From Bacilli bacterium (GTDB taxonomy: Bacteria; Bacillota_I; Bacilli_A; RF39; UBA660), in the NCBI GenBank assembly GCA_050948885.1, contig JBMNER010000004.1, positions 18,965-82,964 on the forward strand: a DNA stretch of 64,000 bases, written 5' to 3'. Below are positions 40,319-50,612 of the stretch, in pieces. The translations under genes and the position numbers were made by a program. Numbering within the stretch: position 1 is the first letter of the stretch; each line of letters starts with the position of its first letter. The notes beneath the pieces were generated by a model, which worked only from the letters and a program-made list of their open reading frames with translations, had not been told where the DNA came from and searched no databases.

Positions 40319-40582
40319 ATGCCGAATATAAAAAGTGCTAAAAAAAGGGTAAAAACAGCTACCAAAGCGAAAGTTTTAAATAACATGTATAAATCTAGTA
40401 TGCGAACAGCGATTAAAAAGATAGAAAAAGCCTTAATTGATACCCCAAAAGAAAAAATGACAGATTTATTAGCCACAGCGCATAAAAGAATTGATAAAGC
40501 CATTAAAAAGGGTGTTATTCATAAAAATACCGGCGCCCGTAATAAAGCCCGTTTAGCGAAAAAGATAAATACTAAAGAGTAA
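40319..40582 (+). CDS. rpsT: 30S ribosomal protein S20
   Basis: MPNIKSAKKRVKT... is a typical bS20 sequence. Confidence 0.95.
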   Translation: MPNIKSAKKRVKTATKAKVLNNMYKSSMRTAIKKIEKALIDTPKEKMTDLLATAHKRIDKAIKKGVIHKNTGARNKARLAKKINTKE

Positions 40583-40604
40583 TATTTTGATTACTCTTTT
40601 TTTG
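40574..40604 (+). terminator. rpsT rho-independent terminator (AAAGAGTAAT-loop-ATTACTCTTT followed by T5)
   Basis: Perfect 10-bp stem overlapping the stop codon, followed by a T-run. Confidence 0.65.
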
Positions 40605-40628
40605 TGTTAAAATAAAGTTGGTGATAAA

Positions 40629-41528
40629 ATGCGCAAAAAAATTATTATTTTATTAGTAGTAGGAACTTTATTATTTGTCGGATATATTTTTAAAAGTCAT
40701 ATTCAGGCTGTTATTAACCAAATATTAATTGATCAGAAGAAAGTGACATTACCGGTAGCGAATGAATATAAACGCCATCATGATTTTTTATTTATCCAAA
40801 ATACTACCGATTTTAAACCAAAAACAAAACAAGATTTGCTTAATATCTATTTTACTATCCTTAATTCTGGCTGGGATGAGTTTACATTTTATTGCCCTCC
40901 AGAATATAAGAAGTGTTTAAGTGATTTAAAAAAGATCGCTAGTGATAATACTTTATTATCACATTTGAATAATTTTGTTCATCCGTTTAATTCTTACCAA
41001 GAAATAAAGACCCGATATAATACCATGGGTTTAATTACCATTATGCTTGATAAAACTTATCCAGATGGGCAAAAATTATTAATTAAAAATAAAGCAAATG
41101 ATATCTTAAATGATATTATTAAACCATCTATGACCAGTAATGAAAAAATAAAAGTTATCCATGATTATATTATTAGGCATACTAAATATGCCGTTAATTA
41201 TGAAAGCAATAAAAAAGATAGGGCCCAAACTAGTTATGGCGTTTTATTTAATGGTTATGGTACTTGTAATGGTTATGCGGATACTCTAGCAATCTTTTTA
41301 GACATGATAGAAATTAAAAATTATAAAATAGCGAGTGATACCCATGTTTGGAATTATGTTTATGTAGATAATAAATGGTACCATCTAGATGTGGCTTGGA
41401 ATGACCCGGTTACTGAAGATGGAGAGGATATTATTAGTGATACTTTTTATTTAATCACCACCGAAAAATTAAAAGATATGAATATTAAAGACCATGATTA
41501 TCCTTCGCATATTTATTTAGAAAAGTAA
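40629..41528 (+). CDS. Transglutaminase-like (papain-fold) domain protein, membrane-anchored
   Basis: N-terminal TM helix. Cys-His-Asp triad context: GYGTCNGYADTLAIF ... HVWNYVYV ... HLDVAWND. Confidence 0.6.
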   Translation: MRKKIIILLVVGTLLFVGYIFKSHIQAVINQILIDQKKVTLPVANEYKRHHDFLFIQNTTDFKPKTKQDLLNIYFTILNSGWDEFTFYCPPEYKKCLSDLKKIASDNTLLSHLNNFVHPFNSYQEIKTRYNTMGLITIMLDKTYPDGQKLLIKNKANDILNDIIKPSMTSNEKIKVIHDYIIRHTKYAVNYESNKKDRAQTSYGVLFNGYGTCNGYADTLAIFLDMIEIKNYKIASDTHVWNYVYVDNKWYHLDVAWNDPVTEDGEDIISDTFYLITTEKLKDMNIKDHDYPSHIYLEK

Positions 41529-41535
41529 CAAGTAA

Positions 41536-42414
41536 TTAAAGGTGGTAATTTAAATAAGTCATTACCGCCGTAATGGTATTATTAAAGTTCTGTAAATCAA
41601 CTAAAAACCAGTTAATGGTCATTTGGTTATTAAACCAAGTATATTGGCGTTTTGCATATCGTCTGGAATTTTGTTTAATTAAAGCAATTGCTTCCTCTTT
41701 AGTTATTCTACCGGTAAAATATTGATATAGCTCTTGATAACCAATCGTATTTAAGACTACTTTACTGTTAATATTTTGATTATATAAAGCTTTGGCTTCT
41801 TCAATTAAACCATCTTTAATCATTTTATCAACACGAGCATTAATTTCTTGGTATAAAATATCACGTGGTAAGGTTAAACCAATAAAGATAACCGGATATA
41901 ATAGCTTTTGATTACCTTGATAATCGTTTTTTAGTTTATTATTACGCCTTAAAAAATTAATTAAACGCCGTCTATTATGAAGGTGAATATTACTAGCGGG
42001 ATTAATTTCTTTAACCATCTTATATAACTTTTCATTATTATAGTCATCAAAGTTAATATCGCTTTCCTCAGTCTTAAATTGATAATCATATAACAAAGCT
42101 TTAATGTATAATCCGGTACCCCCAACAATAATGGGCGTTTTTTTTTGCTTAAAAATTCGGCTTATAACTTGACGCCCAGCTTGTTGATATTCAAAAACAG
42201 AATAATCTTCCATTACACTTTTTAAATCAAAAAGATAATGGGGAATATTTTCCTTGGCCGTTTCTGTTATTTTGGCGGTACCAATATTTAGTTCCTTATA
42301 TATTTGGCGACTATCAGCGTTAATAATAGCCCCATTTAGCTTTTTCGCTAGGGCAATTGATAATTTAGTTTTACCTACTCCCGTTGGGCCTACAATTACA
42401 ATTATCTTATCCAA
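41536..42414 (-). CDS. miaA: tRNA dimethylallyltransferase MiaA
   Basis: P-loop VIVGPTGVGKTKLS and the DSRQIY motif. Confidence 0.9.
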   Translation of the reverse strand: MDKIIVIVGPTGVGKTKLSIALAKKLNGAIINADSRQIYKELNIGTAKITETAKENIPHYLFDLKSVMEDYSVFEYQQAGRQVISRIFKQKKTPIIVGGTGLYIKALLYDYQFKTEESDINFDDYNNEKLYKMVKEINPASNIHLHNRRRLINFLRRNNKLKNDYQGNQKLLYPVIFIGLTLPRDILYQEINARVDKMIKDGLIEEAKALYNQNINSKVVLNTIGYQELYQYFTGRITKEEAIALIKQNSRRYAKRQYTWFNNQMTINWFLVDLQNFNNTITAVMTYLNYHL

Positions 42415-44139
42415 TTACATCACCCTTTTAAATAATTTCTCTAATTCATATTTTGAATAATGAATAATTGTCGGGCGACCATGGGGACAAGTATAAGGAT
42501 TGTGACAAGTTCTTAAGCGATTAATTATGGTTTCCATTTCCTTAACACTAAGGCTTTCGTTAGCTTTAACAGCGAGTTTACAACTTAGGGTAATCGCTAC
42601 CTTTTCATTAAATTTTTCCATATTAAAGTCTTCCTTATCAATGATAATATCAATTATTTTCTTTATAGCGGTATCTTCATACCCTGGTGGTAACCACAAT
42701 GGATGGGCCTTAATAGTAATGGTGTTAATACCCATATCGATAACATCAAAGTTTAAAGACTGTAAAATAGCCATCTTATCTTTTAAAATAATATAATCAC
42801 TACTAGGCATTTCAATAGTTAATGGGATTAACATCGCAATGGTCTCATGATTAGTCTTACTTAACTCATTTTTATATATCTCATAATTAATACGCTCATT
42901 GGCCGCATGTTGGTCAATTAAATACATACCTAAATCATTCTGACACACAATATAGGTGCCATGAATTAAACCAACCGGATAAAGTTCGGGTAGTTTTTCT
43001 TCCTTTTTTACTGATGGTATTGAGTTATCATTATCATAGGTAGTTAATTGTTCATAAATAGCTAAATCAACCTCATCAGACGGATTTCTCTCTAAGTTAA
43101 AAGTCATTGTTTCATAAGAAACTGCTTCCTTTTTGATGGTAACGCTAGGAATTAAGGTAGTGGCCTCTAGTTGTTCTTTTATAACATTTAATAATAATGA
43201 TTTTAAAGAAACCATTTTACTAAACTTAACATCTAACTTAGTCGGATGAATATTAACATCAACTAAAGACGGGTCAACATCAATATTAAGAATAATAATC
43301 GGATAACGATCATTTGGTTTATAAGTATAATAAGCATCATTAATTATCTTATTTAATTCCACATTTCTAACCACGCGCCCATTAACAATAATAACCATGT
43401 GATGACGATTTGATTTAGTAATCTCAGGATAAGAAATATAGCCAGAAATATCATAATCATCATTACTACCCTTAATTTCAATCATCTTTTTGGTTACTTC
43501 TAAACCATAAATTTCATTAATAACTTTTAAAAGATTATTACTACCATCGGTATTTAATAAGACTTTACCATTATTAGATAAACTAAATTTTATATTCGGA
43601 TATGATAAGGCCATTTTATTAACATAATCAGTAGCATTAGCTAATTCATAAGCTAAACTCCTTAAATGTTTTAACCGAGCCGGCGTATTATAGAAAAGAT
43701 TTTGAACTGTGACTTCGGTCCCTACCCGACTATCGGTTTTTTCATTACTAACTATTTTGCCGGCGCGCATATAAATTAAAGTACCGATATCACCAGTACT
43801 AGTTTTTAAAATTATATCACTAACAGCGGCGATTGAGGGCAAAGCTTCACCCCGAAATCCCAGTGATTGAATCGCATATAAATCATCCTCATCTAATATC
43901 TTACTAGTCGCATGACGCGAAAAAGCTAAAATAGCATCCTCACGATGCATACCAACCCCATTATCAATCACTTTAATTTCTTTAGTTCCCGCCTCCATTA
44001 ACTCTATTTTAATAGTAGTACTGCCCGCATCAATACTATTTTCAACCAGTTCCTTCACCACTGAAGCACACTTTTCAACTACTTCACCAGCGGCTATTTT
44101 ATTAGCTAGATGTTCATTCATTATTTGTATTTTTGTCAT
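42415..44139 (-). CDS. mutL: DNA mismatch repair protein MutL
   Basis: GHKL ATPase N-terminus NKIAAGEVVE. C-terminal dimerisation/endonuclease region contains CxHGRP (CPHGRPT). Confidence 0.95.
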   Translation of the reverse strand: MTKIQIMNEHLANKIAAGEVVEKCASVVKELVENSIDAGSTTIKIELMEAGTKEIKVIDNGVGMHREDAILAFSRHATSKILDEDDLYAIQSLGFRGEALPSIAAVSDIILKTSTGDIGTLIYMRAGKIVSNEKTDSRVGTEVTVQNLFYNTPARLKHLRSLAYELANATDYVNKMALSYPNIKFSLSNNGKVLLNTDGSNNLLKVINEIYGLEVTKKMIEIKGSNDDYDISGYISYPEITKSNRHHMVIIVNGRVVRNVELNKIINDAYYTYKPNDRYPIIILNIDVDPSLVDVNIHPTKLDVKFSKMVSLKSLLLNVIKEQLEATTLIPSVTIKKEAVSYETMTFNLERNPSDEVDLAIYEQLTTYDNDNSIPSVKKEEKLPELYPVGLIHGTYIVCQNDLGMYLIDQHAANERINYEIYKNELSKTNHETIAMLIPLTIEMPSSDYIILKDKMAILQSLNFDVIDMGINTITIKAHPLWLPPGYEDTAIKKIIDIIIDKEDFNMEKFNEKVAITLSCKLAVKANESLSVKEMETIINRLRTCHNPYTCPHGRPTIIHYSKYELEKLFKRVM

Positions 44140-44188
44140 TATATCACCATTTTCTCTTTACATTACTTGCCCAAATTTATATGGATTA

Positions 44189-44587
44189 TCAAAGGTTAAT
44201 GTAACCCTCAGTCATATAATCATCCCCACATTTAAGATAGGATTTATATTCAAAAATTGGACCCTCAGACATTCTTTCAACGATAACATATCCATCACAA
44301 AATTCCTCTTCATTAACCGGGTTTTTAATTTTTTTAAGTAAGCCTTCGGCCACTAAATCGACTAAATAAACCGTACTTTGATCATTAACATTCTTTGGTA
44401 ATAATTGTTTATTCGCGAGAAAATAACTCTCCCCGGCCTTTTGTAATAGGGTTTCATTAGTAATAAATACCTTATCTTCCGTTTCACCAATAATCTTAAC
44501 AATAGCGGGTACAGCAATTAACATTATTATGCCAATAATAACAATTACAGCGAGTAACTCAATTAAAGTAAAGCCAGTTCGTTTCAT
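44189..44587 (-). CDS. ComGC-like major (pseudo)pilin, type IV prepilin
   Basis: MKRTG|FTLIELLAVIVIIGIIM has the class III signal with G at -1 and E at +5. 132 aa with C-terminal Cys pair. Confidence 0.75.
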   Translation of the reverse strand: MKRTGFTLIELLAVIVIIGIIMLIAVPAIVKIIGETEDKVFITNETLLQKAGESYFLANKQLLPKNVNDQSTVYLVDLVAEGLLKKIKNPVNEEEFCDGYVIVERMSEGPIFEYKSYLKCGDDYMTEGYINL

Positions 44588-44616
44588 ATTCTCACCTCAA
44601 TACTAATTAGATTATA

Positions 44617-46380
44617 TCATTTATTAAAAGTACTATAAAGATTTTCCGCTACTTTTGTTGGTAATATATTAGTTAATTCCTCTAAGGTAGCATTCTTTAT
44701 CTTTTCTAATGAACCATATTTTTTAAGTAATAGGGTTTTTCTTTTTTGACCTATTCCTGGGATACTATCTAAAATACTAATAGTGGCCCCTTTTAGGCGT
44801 TTATTACGATGATAGTTAATCACAAAGCGGTGAACCTCTTCCTGCATACGATTTAAAAGATAAAATAACGGTGTTCTAGGATTAATGGCCATATTAATTA
44901 TAGGGTCTTGTCCTAATAATTCTTTAGTGCGATGAGATTCATCCTTAACTAAACCGGCTACTGGTATCGCTAATTTAAACCCATCTAGAACATCTCTAAC
45001 GGCATTAATCTGAGCTTTACCACCATCAACAATAATCAAATCGGGTTTAGTTAAATTATCCTTTAAAACCTTAAAATAGCGGCGATAGATAATTTCTCTT
45101 AAAGCATTAATATCATCTTTAGTATCCGGGTTAGTAATCTTATAACGGCGATATTCTTTTTGATCGGGCTCGCCATTAGTGTAAACAACCAGACCCCCCA
45201 CATACCAGTGTCCAAATAAGTGGGAACTATCAAACAACTCAATCCGATTTAATTGTTTAATTTGTAATTTTATCTTCAATTGTTGTAGTGCTTCATTAAG
45301 TTCCGCGTGATTATCCTTTACATTAAAACGCTGGTTATGGTAGTTAACCTTGGCGTTGTCACTAGCTAAAGTTAATATCTGTTTATACTTTCCTCTTTTT
45401 GGTTGTTTTACTTTAATATTTAAGGCTTGTTCCATAAGTTCTTTACTAATATCACTAGTGGTCATAATCGCCGTCGGCATTATTTTTCTTTTATCATAAA
45501 AAGTAATGATATATTCTAGTAGTTCTTCCGTTTTGTCATCAACAGTTTCAATTAAGTCATTAATGCGGCCAACTACTTTGCCCGCTCTTATAAAGAATAC
45601 CTGAATTGACAGGATGCCATTATGCCAATAATGACCAAAGACATCAATATTATCGTTTGTTTTTAAATCAATTATCTGTTTATTTAAGGTTACCTTAATA
45701 TCTTCTAGTATTTCCTTTAATTCTAAGGCTCTCTCATACATCATTTTTTGACTAGCGATAGCCATTTCTTTTTCTATTCTTTGGGTGATTATATGATGAT
45801 TACCTTTTAAAAAAGAAATTATTTCCGCTTTAATTTGTTTTATTTTATCATCATTATCTTTATTAAGACAATATCCAAGACACTGATTAATATGAAAATA
45901 AAGGCAATATTCCTTGGGAAAATGACGGCACTTTCTTAAAGGATAGATTTTATTAAGTAAATTAACTACTTTCCGAGCCGCAACTACATTGGGATACGGA
46001 CCAAATAGTAATACTTTTTTATGGTCTTTAATATTTTTTTCTCTTATTATTATTAGTCTTGGATACTTTTCATCAGTTAAGGCAATATAGGGATAAGTCT
46101 TATCATCTTTTAACAAGATATTATATTTTGGTTGATATTGTTTAATTAGGTTTAATTCCAAAAGAAGCGCTTCTAATTCGGAAGGGGTAATAATATATTC
46201 AAAATTAGTGGTTTCAGCCACCATTCTTTGTGTTTTTCCGGTATGTGCCCTATTAAAATAAGATCTTAATCGCGGTTTAATTTTCTTAGCTTTACCTACA
46301 TAAATAATCTTATCATTAATATCCTTCATTAAATAACAACCTGGTTTTGATGGCACTAACTTTAACTTTTGTTTCAACAT
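44617..46380 (-). CDS. uvrC: Excinuclease ABC subunit C (UvrC); start moved to MLKQKLKLVP with a GGTGA ribosome-binding site
   Basis: GIY-YIG N-terminus (PGCYLMKD...IYVGKAK). C-terminal RNaseH-like domain and HhH domain. Confidence 0.95.
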   Translation of the reverse strand: MLKQKLKLVPSKPGCYLMKDINDKIIYVGKAKKIKPRLRSYFNRAHTGKTQRMVAETTNFEYIITPSELEALLLELNLIKQYQPKYNILLKDDKTYPYIALTDEKYPRLIIIREKNIKDHKKVLLFGPYPNVVAARKVVNLLNKIYPLRKCRHFPKEYCLYFHINQCLGYCLNKDNDDKIKQIKAEIISFLKGNHHIITQRIEKEMAIASQKMMYERALELKEILEDIKVTLNKQIIDLKTNDNIDVFGHYWHNGILSIQVFFIRAGKVVGRINDLIETVDDKTEELLEYIITFYDKRKIMPTAIMTTSDISKELMEQALNIKVKQPKRGKYKQILTLASDNAKVNYHNQRFNVKDNHAELNEALQQLKIKLQIKQLNRIELFDSSHLFGHWYVGGLVVYTNGEPDQKEYRRYKITNPDTKDDINALREIIYRRYFKVLKDNLTKPDLIIVDGGKAQINAVRDVLDGFKLAIPVAGLVKDESHRTKELLGQDPIINMAINPRTPLFYLLNRMQEEVHRFVINYHRNKRLKGATISILDSIPGIGQKRKTLLLKKYGSLEKIKNATLEELTNILPTKVAENLYSTFNK

Positions 46381-46452
46381 TATTATCACCATTAAAATTA
46401 TAACAAATTTGTGATAATTTATATAGTGTTATATAATTATAACGGTGATTAG

Positions 46453-47046
46453 ATGAACTATAGTATAAAAGAAGAAATAGTTAATGAATTAGTCATTAAT
46501 AAATCAAGATTTATTGGAGTACTTAAAAAAATAAAGACCGAAAAAGAAGTAGCCATTGTTTTAAAAGCCCTAAAAAATCAATATAAAGAGGCTACTCATT
46601 ATTGTTATGCTTATATTATTGATAATACGAAACGCTTTCATGATGATAATGAACCTAGTGGGACCGCTGGATTACCTATTTTAGAGGTATTAACAAAGAA
46701 TAATCTTAATTACCTATTATGCGTTGTAATTAGGTATTTTGGTGGGGTTAAATTAGGAACTGGCGGTTTGATTAGAGCTTATACGAAAACGACTAGTGAA
46801 GCGTTAAAATTAGCCAAAATAGTCCCATTAATAAAAGGGCAAGTTATTAAAATTAAGTTTGATTATCCAGATATTAAAGTGGTTGATTATATTTTAAAAG
46901 AGAGTCAAATTACCGAAAAGATTTTTAAAGCGGATATTACTTATATTATCAAGGTTAGTTCAGAAGCGTGGCCAGATATTAAGAGGCGGTTACAACATAT
47001 TAAGAATCTAACTATAAAAGAATTAGAGAAGGGTTTTATCACATAA
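46453..47046 (+). CDS. yigZ: YigZ / IMPACT-family protein
   Basis: UPF0029 motifs SRFIG, HYCYAY, DNEPSGTAG. Confidence 0.8.
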   Translation: MNYSIKEEIVNELVINKSRFIGVLKKIKTEKEVAIVLKALKNQYKEATHYCYAYIIDNTKRFHDDNEPSGTAGLPILEVLTKNNLNYLLCVVIRYFGGVKLGTGGLIRAYTKTTSEALKLAKIVPLIKGQVIKIKFDYPDIKVVDYILKESQITEKIFKADITYIIKVSSEAWPDIKRRLQHIKNLTIKELEKGFIT

Positions 47047-47076
47047 AAAAACAAGTATTATCTTATTACTTGTTTT
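47045..47076. terminator. Bidirectional terminator between yigZ and trxA (AACAAGTA-loop-TACTTGTT with flanking A and T runs)
   Basis: Perfect 8-bp stem. A6 upstream and T4 downstream. Confidence 0.6.
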
Positions 47077-47377
47077 CATTAAGCCATTTTTTAAGCATTT
47101 CTTTACTTTGAAAACCCGACTTGGTAGAGATTGGTTCTCCTTCCTTAAATAAAATTAGAGTTGGAATTGTCATCACTTTATATTGGGCGGCTAAATTAGT
47201 AAACTGATCAACATTTACTTTAACAATCCGAACATCCTCGTTAGTGTGGGCAAATTGCTCTAGTATTGGATTTAACATTTTACATGGTCCGCACCAGTCA
47301 GCATAGAAATCAACTAAAGTAAGACCTTCTTTAGTAAATTCAGTTAAATTATTATCATTTAAATTAATAAGTTTCAT
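47066..47377 (-). CDS. trxA: Thioredoxin
   Basis: WCGPC active site. 103 aa. Confidence 0.9.
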   Translation of the reverse strand: MKLINLNDNNLTEFTKEGLTLVDFYADWCGPCKMLNPILEQFAHTNEDVRIVKVNVDQFTNLAAQYKVMTIPTLILFKEGEPISTKSGFQSKEMLKKWLNENK

Positions 47378-47386
47378 CTTACCATC

Positions 47387-48100
47387 CTATCTATATTTAT
47401 TTAATATATCATCAATACCAGCTATTTTAAGTTTACCACTCGTAATCAACTCATCAACGGTCGCCACCGAGATAATCTTATGTTTAATTAAGACTTCTAA
47501 AGCTTCCCGATTAGCTTGTTCTTTATTTATATCACCACTAAATTTATCCTTTAACGCATAGATTTCCTCACTCGCTTTAATAGTATTCTCTAATTTAGTT
47601 GATAATATAGGCGTATGATTTAAAATCAGTGGGGTTAATCGTGACTGTTTCATTAAGTCAAGATTAAAAGACGGTTGGGTTAAGAAAAATAAAATTAAAA
47701 AAACCAATACATACCCTTCAATTAAGCCAACTACCGCCCCAAATAATTTAGATGGAATACCTAAGATAATGGTAAAATTAAGAATCTTCTCAATAATGCC
47801 TGAAAAAAAGGTAAATATTTTTAATAAGACGATTAACAAGGCTAACACTAAAAAGAAAGCAATCATCTCATATAGTAATATAGTTAAGACGGTGATACCT
47901 TTAAATAGACCAAAGAAATCAAAAAAAGGTAGTTTGGCAAACATAAAATTAGCGACTGGTTCTTTTAAAATAAAAGCAAGAACAATTACTAATAAAAGAC
48001 CAACAAACATGGTAGTTTGTTTAACAAAACCCCTTTTAAAACCGACCACCCCAGCCATGGCAATCGTTAAAAAAATTAATACATCAACTAATTCCAGCAT
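47387..48100 (-). CDS. cvpA: CvpA-family membrane protein
   Basis: N-terminal CvpA-like TM architecture. Adjacent to rnhC as in Bacillus. Confidence 0.7.
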   Translation of the reverse strand: MLELVDVLIFLTIAMAGVVGFKRGFVKQTTMFVGLLLVIVLAFILKEPVANFMFAKLPFFDFFGLFKGITVLTILLYEMIAFFLVLALLIVLLKIFTFFSGIIEKILNFTIILGIPSKLFGAVVGLIEGYVLVFLILFFLTQPSFNLDLMKQSRLTPLILNHTPILSTKLENTIKASEEIYALKDKFSGDINKEQANREALEVLIKHKIISVATVDELITSGKLKIAGIDDILNKYR

Positions 48101-48186
48101 CCACTCACCCTCTCTACTCCATTTAATATTATAACTTAATTAAGAAAAGAATGCAAAAGTATGTTAAAATATTTTTAGGGTGATAT

Positions 48187-49086
48187 ATGATGAATATTGT
48201 TATTAGAGTGAATGAAGAAACCAAGAAGAAAATGATCACTTATTATGATGATAAAAAAAGGGATAATACACCGCCCTACGCCATCTTTCAAGCTGATGAA
48301 GAAGATACGGTAATTACTTTATATGAATCAGGAAAAGCAATGTTTCAAGGCATCTCAGCTGATGTTGATGCGAAGATGTGGCAAGAGATAAATAAACAAC
48401 CAACTACTTATCAACCAACAAAAGAAAAAGATTATTATTATATAAGTGCGATTGGCTCTGATGAGGTGGGAACTGGTGATTACTTTGGTCCCATTGTCGT
48501 AACGGCTAGTTATGTTAATAAAAAAGATATTCCCCATTTAGAGGAACTTTCTATTCAAGATTCCAAGCAAATGACAGATGATAAAATATTAGAAATTGTC
48601 CCTAAAATAATTAAAAAAATAAAATATGCTAGTATTATGCTGACTAATAAAGAATATAACAAGCGATATGGCACGACCTTAAATATGAATAAAATAAAAG
48701 CTATTTTACATAATAAGGTAATCTTAGAATTAATGAAAAAACACCAGTTAAAATATGACCATATTATTATTGATGAGTTTGCGAAAGAAAAAAAGTTTTT
48801 TGAATATTTAAAGGAGGTGCCCTTAGTAGTTAAGGAGGTTACCTTCTTGATGAAAGCTGAAAATAAAAATTTAAGTGTCGCCTGTGCTTCCATTATCAGT
48901 CGTTATATCTTTTTAAAGGAAATGGATAAACTAAGCCAGTCATTAAATATAGAGCTACCAAAAGGAGCCGGACCACAAGTCGATAAGATAGGCAAAGAGA
49001 TTATCACCAAGTATGGATACGAAAAACTAAGCACAGTAGCGAAATTAAACTTTAAAAATACTGAGCGCATATTAAAAGATAACTGA
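48187..49086 (+). CDS. rnhC: Ribonuclease HIII
   Basis: N-terminal TBP-like domain, then catalytic GSDEVGTGDYFGP and the C-terminal RNase HII/HIII fold. Confidence 0.85.
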   Translation: MMNIVIRVNEETKKKMITYYDDKKRDNTPPYAIFQADEEDTVITLYESGKAMFQGISADVDAKMWQEINKQPTTYQPTKEKDYYYISAIGSDEVGTGDYFGPIVVTASYVNKKDIPHLEELSIQDSKQMTDDKILEIVPKIIKKIKYASIMLTNKEYNKRYGTTLNMNKIKAILHNKVILELMKKHQLKYDHIIIDEFAKEKKFFEYLKEVPLVVKEVTFLMKAENKNLSVACASIISRYIFLKEMDKLSQSLNIELPKGAGPQVDKIGKEIITKYGYEKLSTVAKLNFKNTERILKDN

Positions 49087-49098
49087 GATGGTTATCTT

Positions 49099-50055
49099 TT
49101 ATAATTTTAGGAAAAACATTTCTAAACCAATGTTTTTATCAATTTTGCCGGTTTTAATACCAATATCTAAATCAGCTAATTTATTTAAATAATCGATTAG
49201 TATTTTATCGTTGTAGTTTCTACTTTTTTCCCACGCTAATTTAACCCGGTAAGGATGAACGGCTAATTGAGTCGCAATATCTATTTCTTTATACCCTTCC
49301 ATAATTAAGGTTTTTACTTGATAGATAAGGCGAATCTGATTAGCTAATAAAACAATAATTTTAATTGGTTCCTCACCTTTTGTTAGTAATTGTTGATAAA
49401 TAGTAAAAATCTGGCTTTGGTCCTTATTTATAACCGCATCAATTAAATTAAAGATAGTATCATCAAGGTATTTAGGAACTAACTCTTTTATATCATCTGA
49501 TTCTATTTTCTTAGTATCAATTTTATAAGTCATTAATTTTTGGCATTCATTATTAATAATGGTTAAGTCAGATCCGGTTCTTGTAAGTAAATAGTAAATA
49601 TTATCATTATTTATTTGATAACCAGCTTGGGTAAAAATATCTTTAACCTTAATCATTAAATCCTTTTGATTTAGTTTTTGATATTGAAAAACTTGAGCTT
49701 CTTTCTTTAACGTTTTAACTATTTTTTTTCGCTCATCTAATTTACCGATTAAGCTAATAATTAAAATGGTACTATCAATGGGGTTAGATGAATACCTTAG
49801 TAATTGTTTAATATCACTATCATCTTGCGTTTTATCATTACTAGTTAAGAAGGTGGCCTGATTACAAACAATAACTTTCATCGGATTAAAAAATGAGGGC
49901 ATAGCGGCATCTTCTAGAACTTTACTTAGTGGTGTTTCTGTTAGATCATATTTAGATATTAAATTATTATCACTATGGTATTGATTAATAATGGCCTTTA
50001 TTTTTTCTTTTATTAAAAAATATTCTTCTCCATATATTAGATAGATATTTTTCAT
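49099..50055 (-). CDS. holA: DNA polymerase III delta subunit HolA
   Basis: Size, N-terminus IYLIYGEEYFL and position after comEC as in Bacillus. Confidence 0.75.
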   Translation of the reverse strand: MKNIYLIYGEEYFLIKEKIKAIINQYHSDNNLISKYDLTETPLSKVLEDAAMPSFFNPMKVIVCNQATFLTSNDKTQDDSDIKQLLRYSSNPIDSTILIISLIGKLDERKKIVKTLKKEAQVFQYQKLNQKDLMIKVKDIFTQAGYQINNDNIYYLLTRTGSDLTIINNECQKLMTYKIDTKKIESDDIKELVPKYLDDTIFNLIDAVINKDQSQIFTIYQQLLTKGEEPIKIIVLLANQIRLIYQVKTLIMEGYKEIDIATQLAVHPYRVKLAWEKSRNYNDKILIDYLNKLADLDIGIKTGKIDKNIGLEMFFLKL

Positions 50056-50519
50056 TACAACACCTTAACTTTTTTATTTTTATAATGCTCTATAAACATT
50101 TTCGTAATCCATGATGTCTTCTCACCATTATCGGTTTTTTCTAAAAGTTCCTCAAAAGTTACAAAAGCAGCTTCTCTATGTTTATCTGGTTCTTTATTAT
50201 AAACCCGACCAGACCATTTTAATATTTCATATAAAATAATTTCCATATCAACAATTCTATTATTTCTTACCTCTTGTTTTTTAATCCTTCTTATTTCTTT
50301 TAAACTTTCCACTCTTATATTACATTCTTCAAATAACTCTTCACCCATTTTTTGGTCTGGGTCTTCATTTTTATTAGCCTTACCTATTGGTAAAGTGTGA
50401 AAGTCATATTTAATATGGTCTAATACTAAAACTCTCCCTTTATTATCAAAGACAATCGCCCCAACAGAATTGTGATTAATTAAATCATCTTTATTATATT
50501 TTATACTCATAAATATCAC
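50055..50519 (-). CDS. Degenerate Nudix-fold hydrolase-like protein
   Basis: GAIVFDNKGRVLVL. The Nudix-box-like segment GKANKNEDPDQKMGEELFEECNI lacks the canonical Arg and Gly. Confidence 0.4.
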   Translation of the reverse strand: MIFMSIKYNKDDLINHNSVGAIVFDNKGRVLVLDHIKYDFHTLPIGKANKNEDPDQKMGEELFEECNIRVESLKEIRRIKKQEVRNNRIVDMEIILYEILKWSGRVYNKEPDKHREAAFVTFEELLEKTDNGEKTSWITKMFIEHYKNKKVKVL

Positions 50520-50546
50520 CCTTCTTATTATATCACAAACAATAAA

Positions 50547-50568
50547 GAGGAGCTTAAAAAAGCTCCTT
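50547..50568. terminator. Hairpin AGGAGCTT-aaaa-AAGCTCCT downstream of comEC
   Basis: 8-bp perfect stem. T-rich tail on the minus strand. Confidence 0.45.
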
Positions 50569-50612
50569 AATCTATATTAACGCCAAAGCTTCAGCGTCTT
50601 GTCTACCTTATT

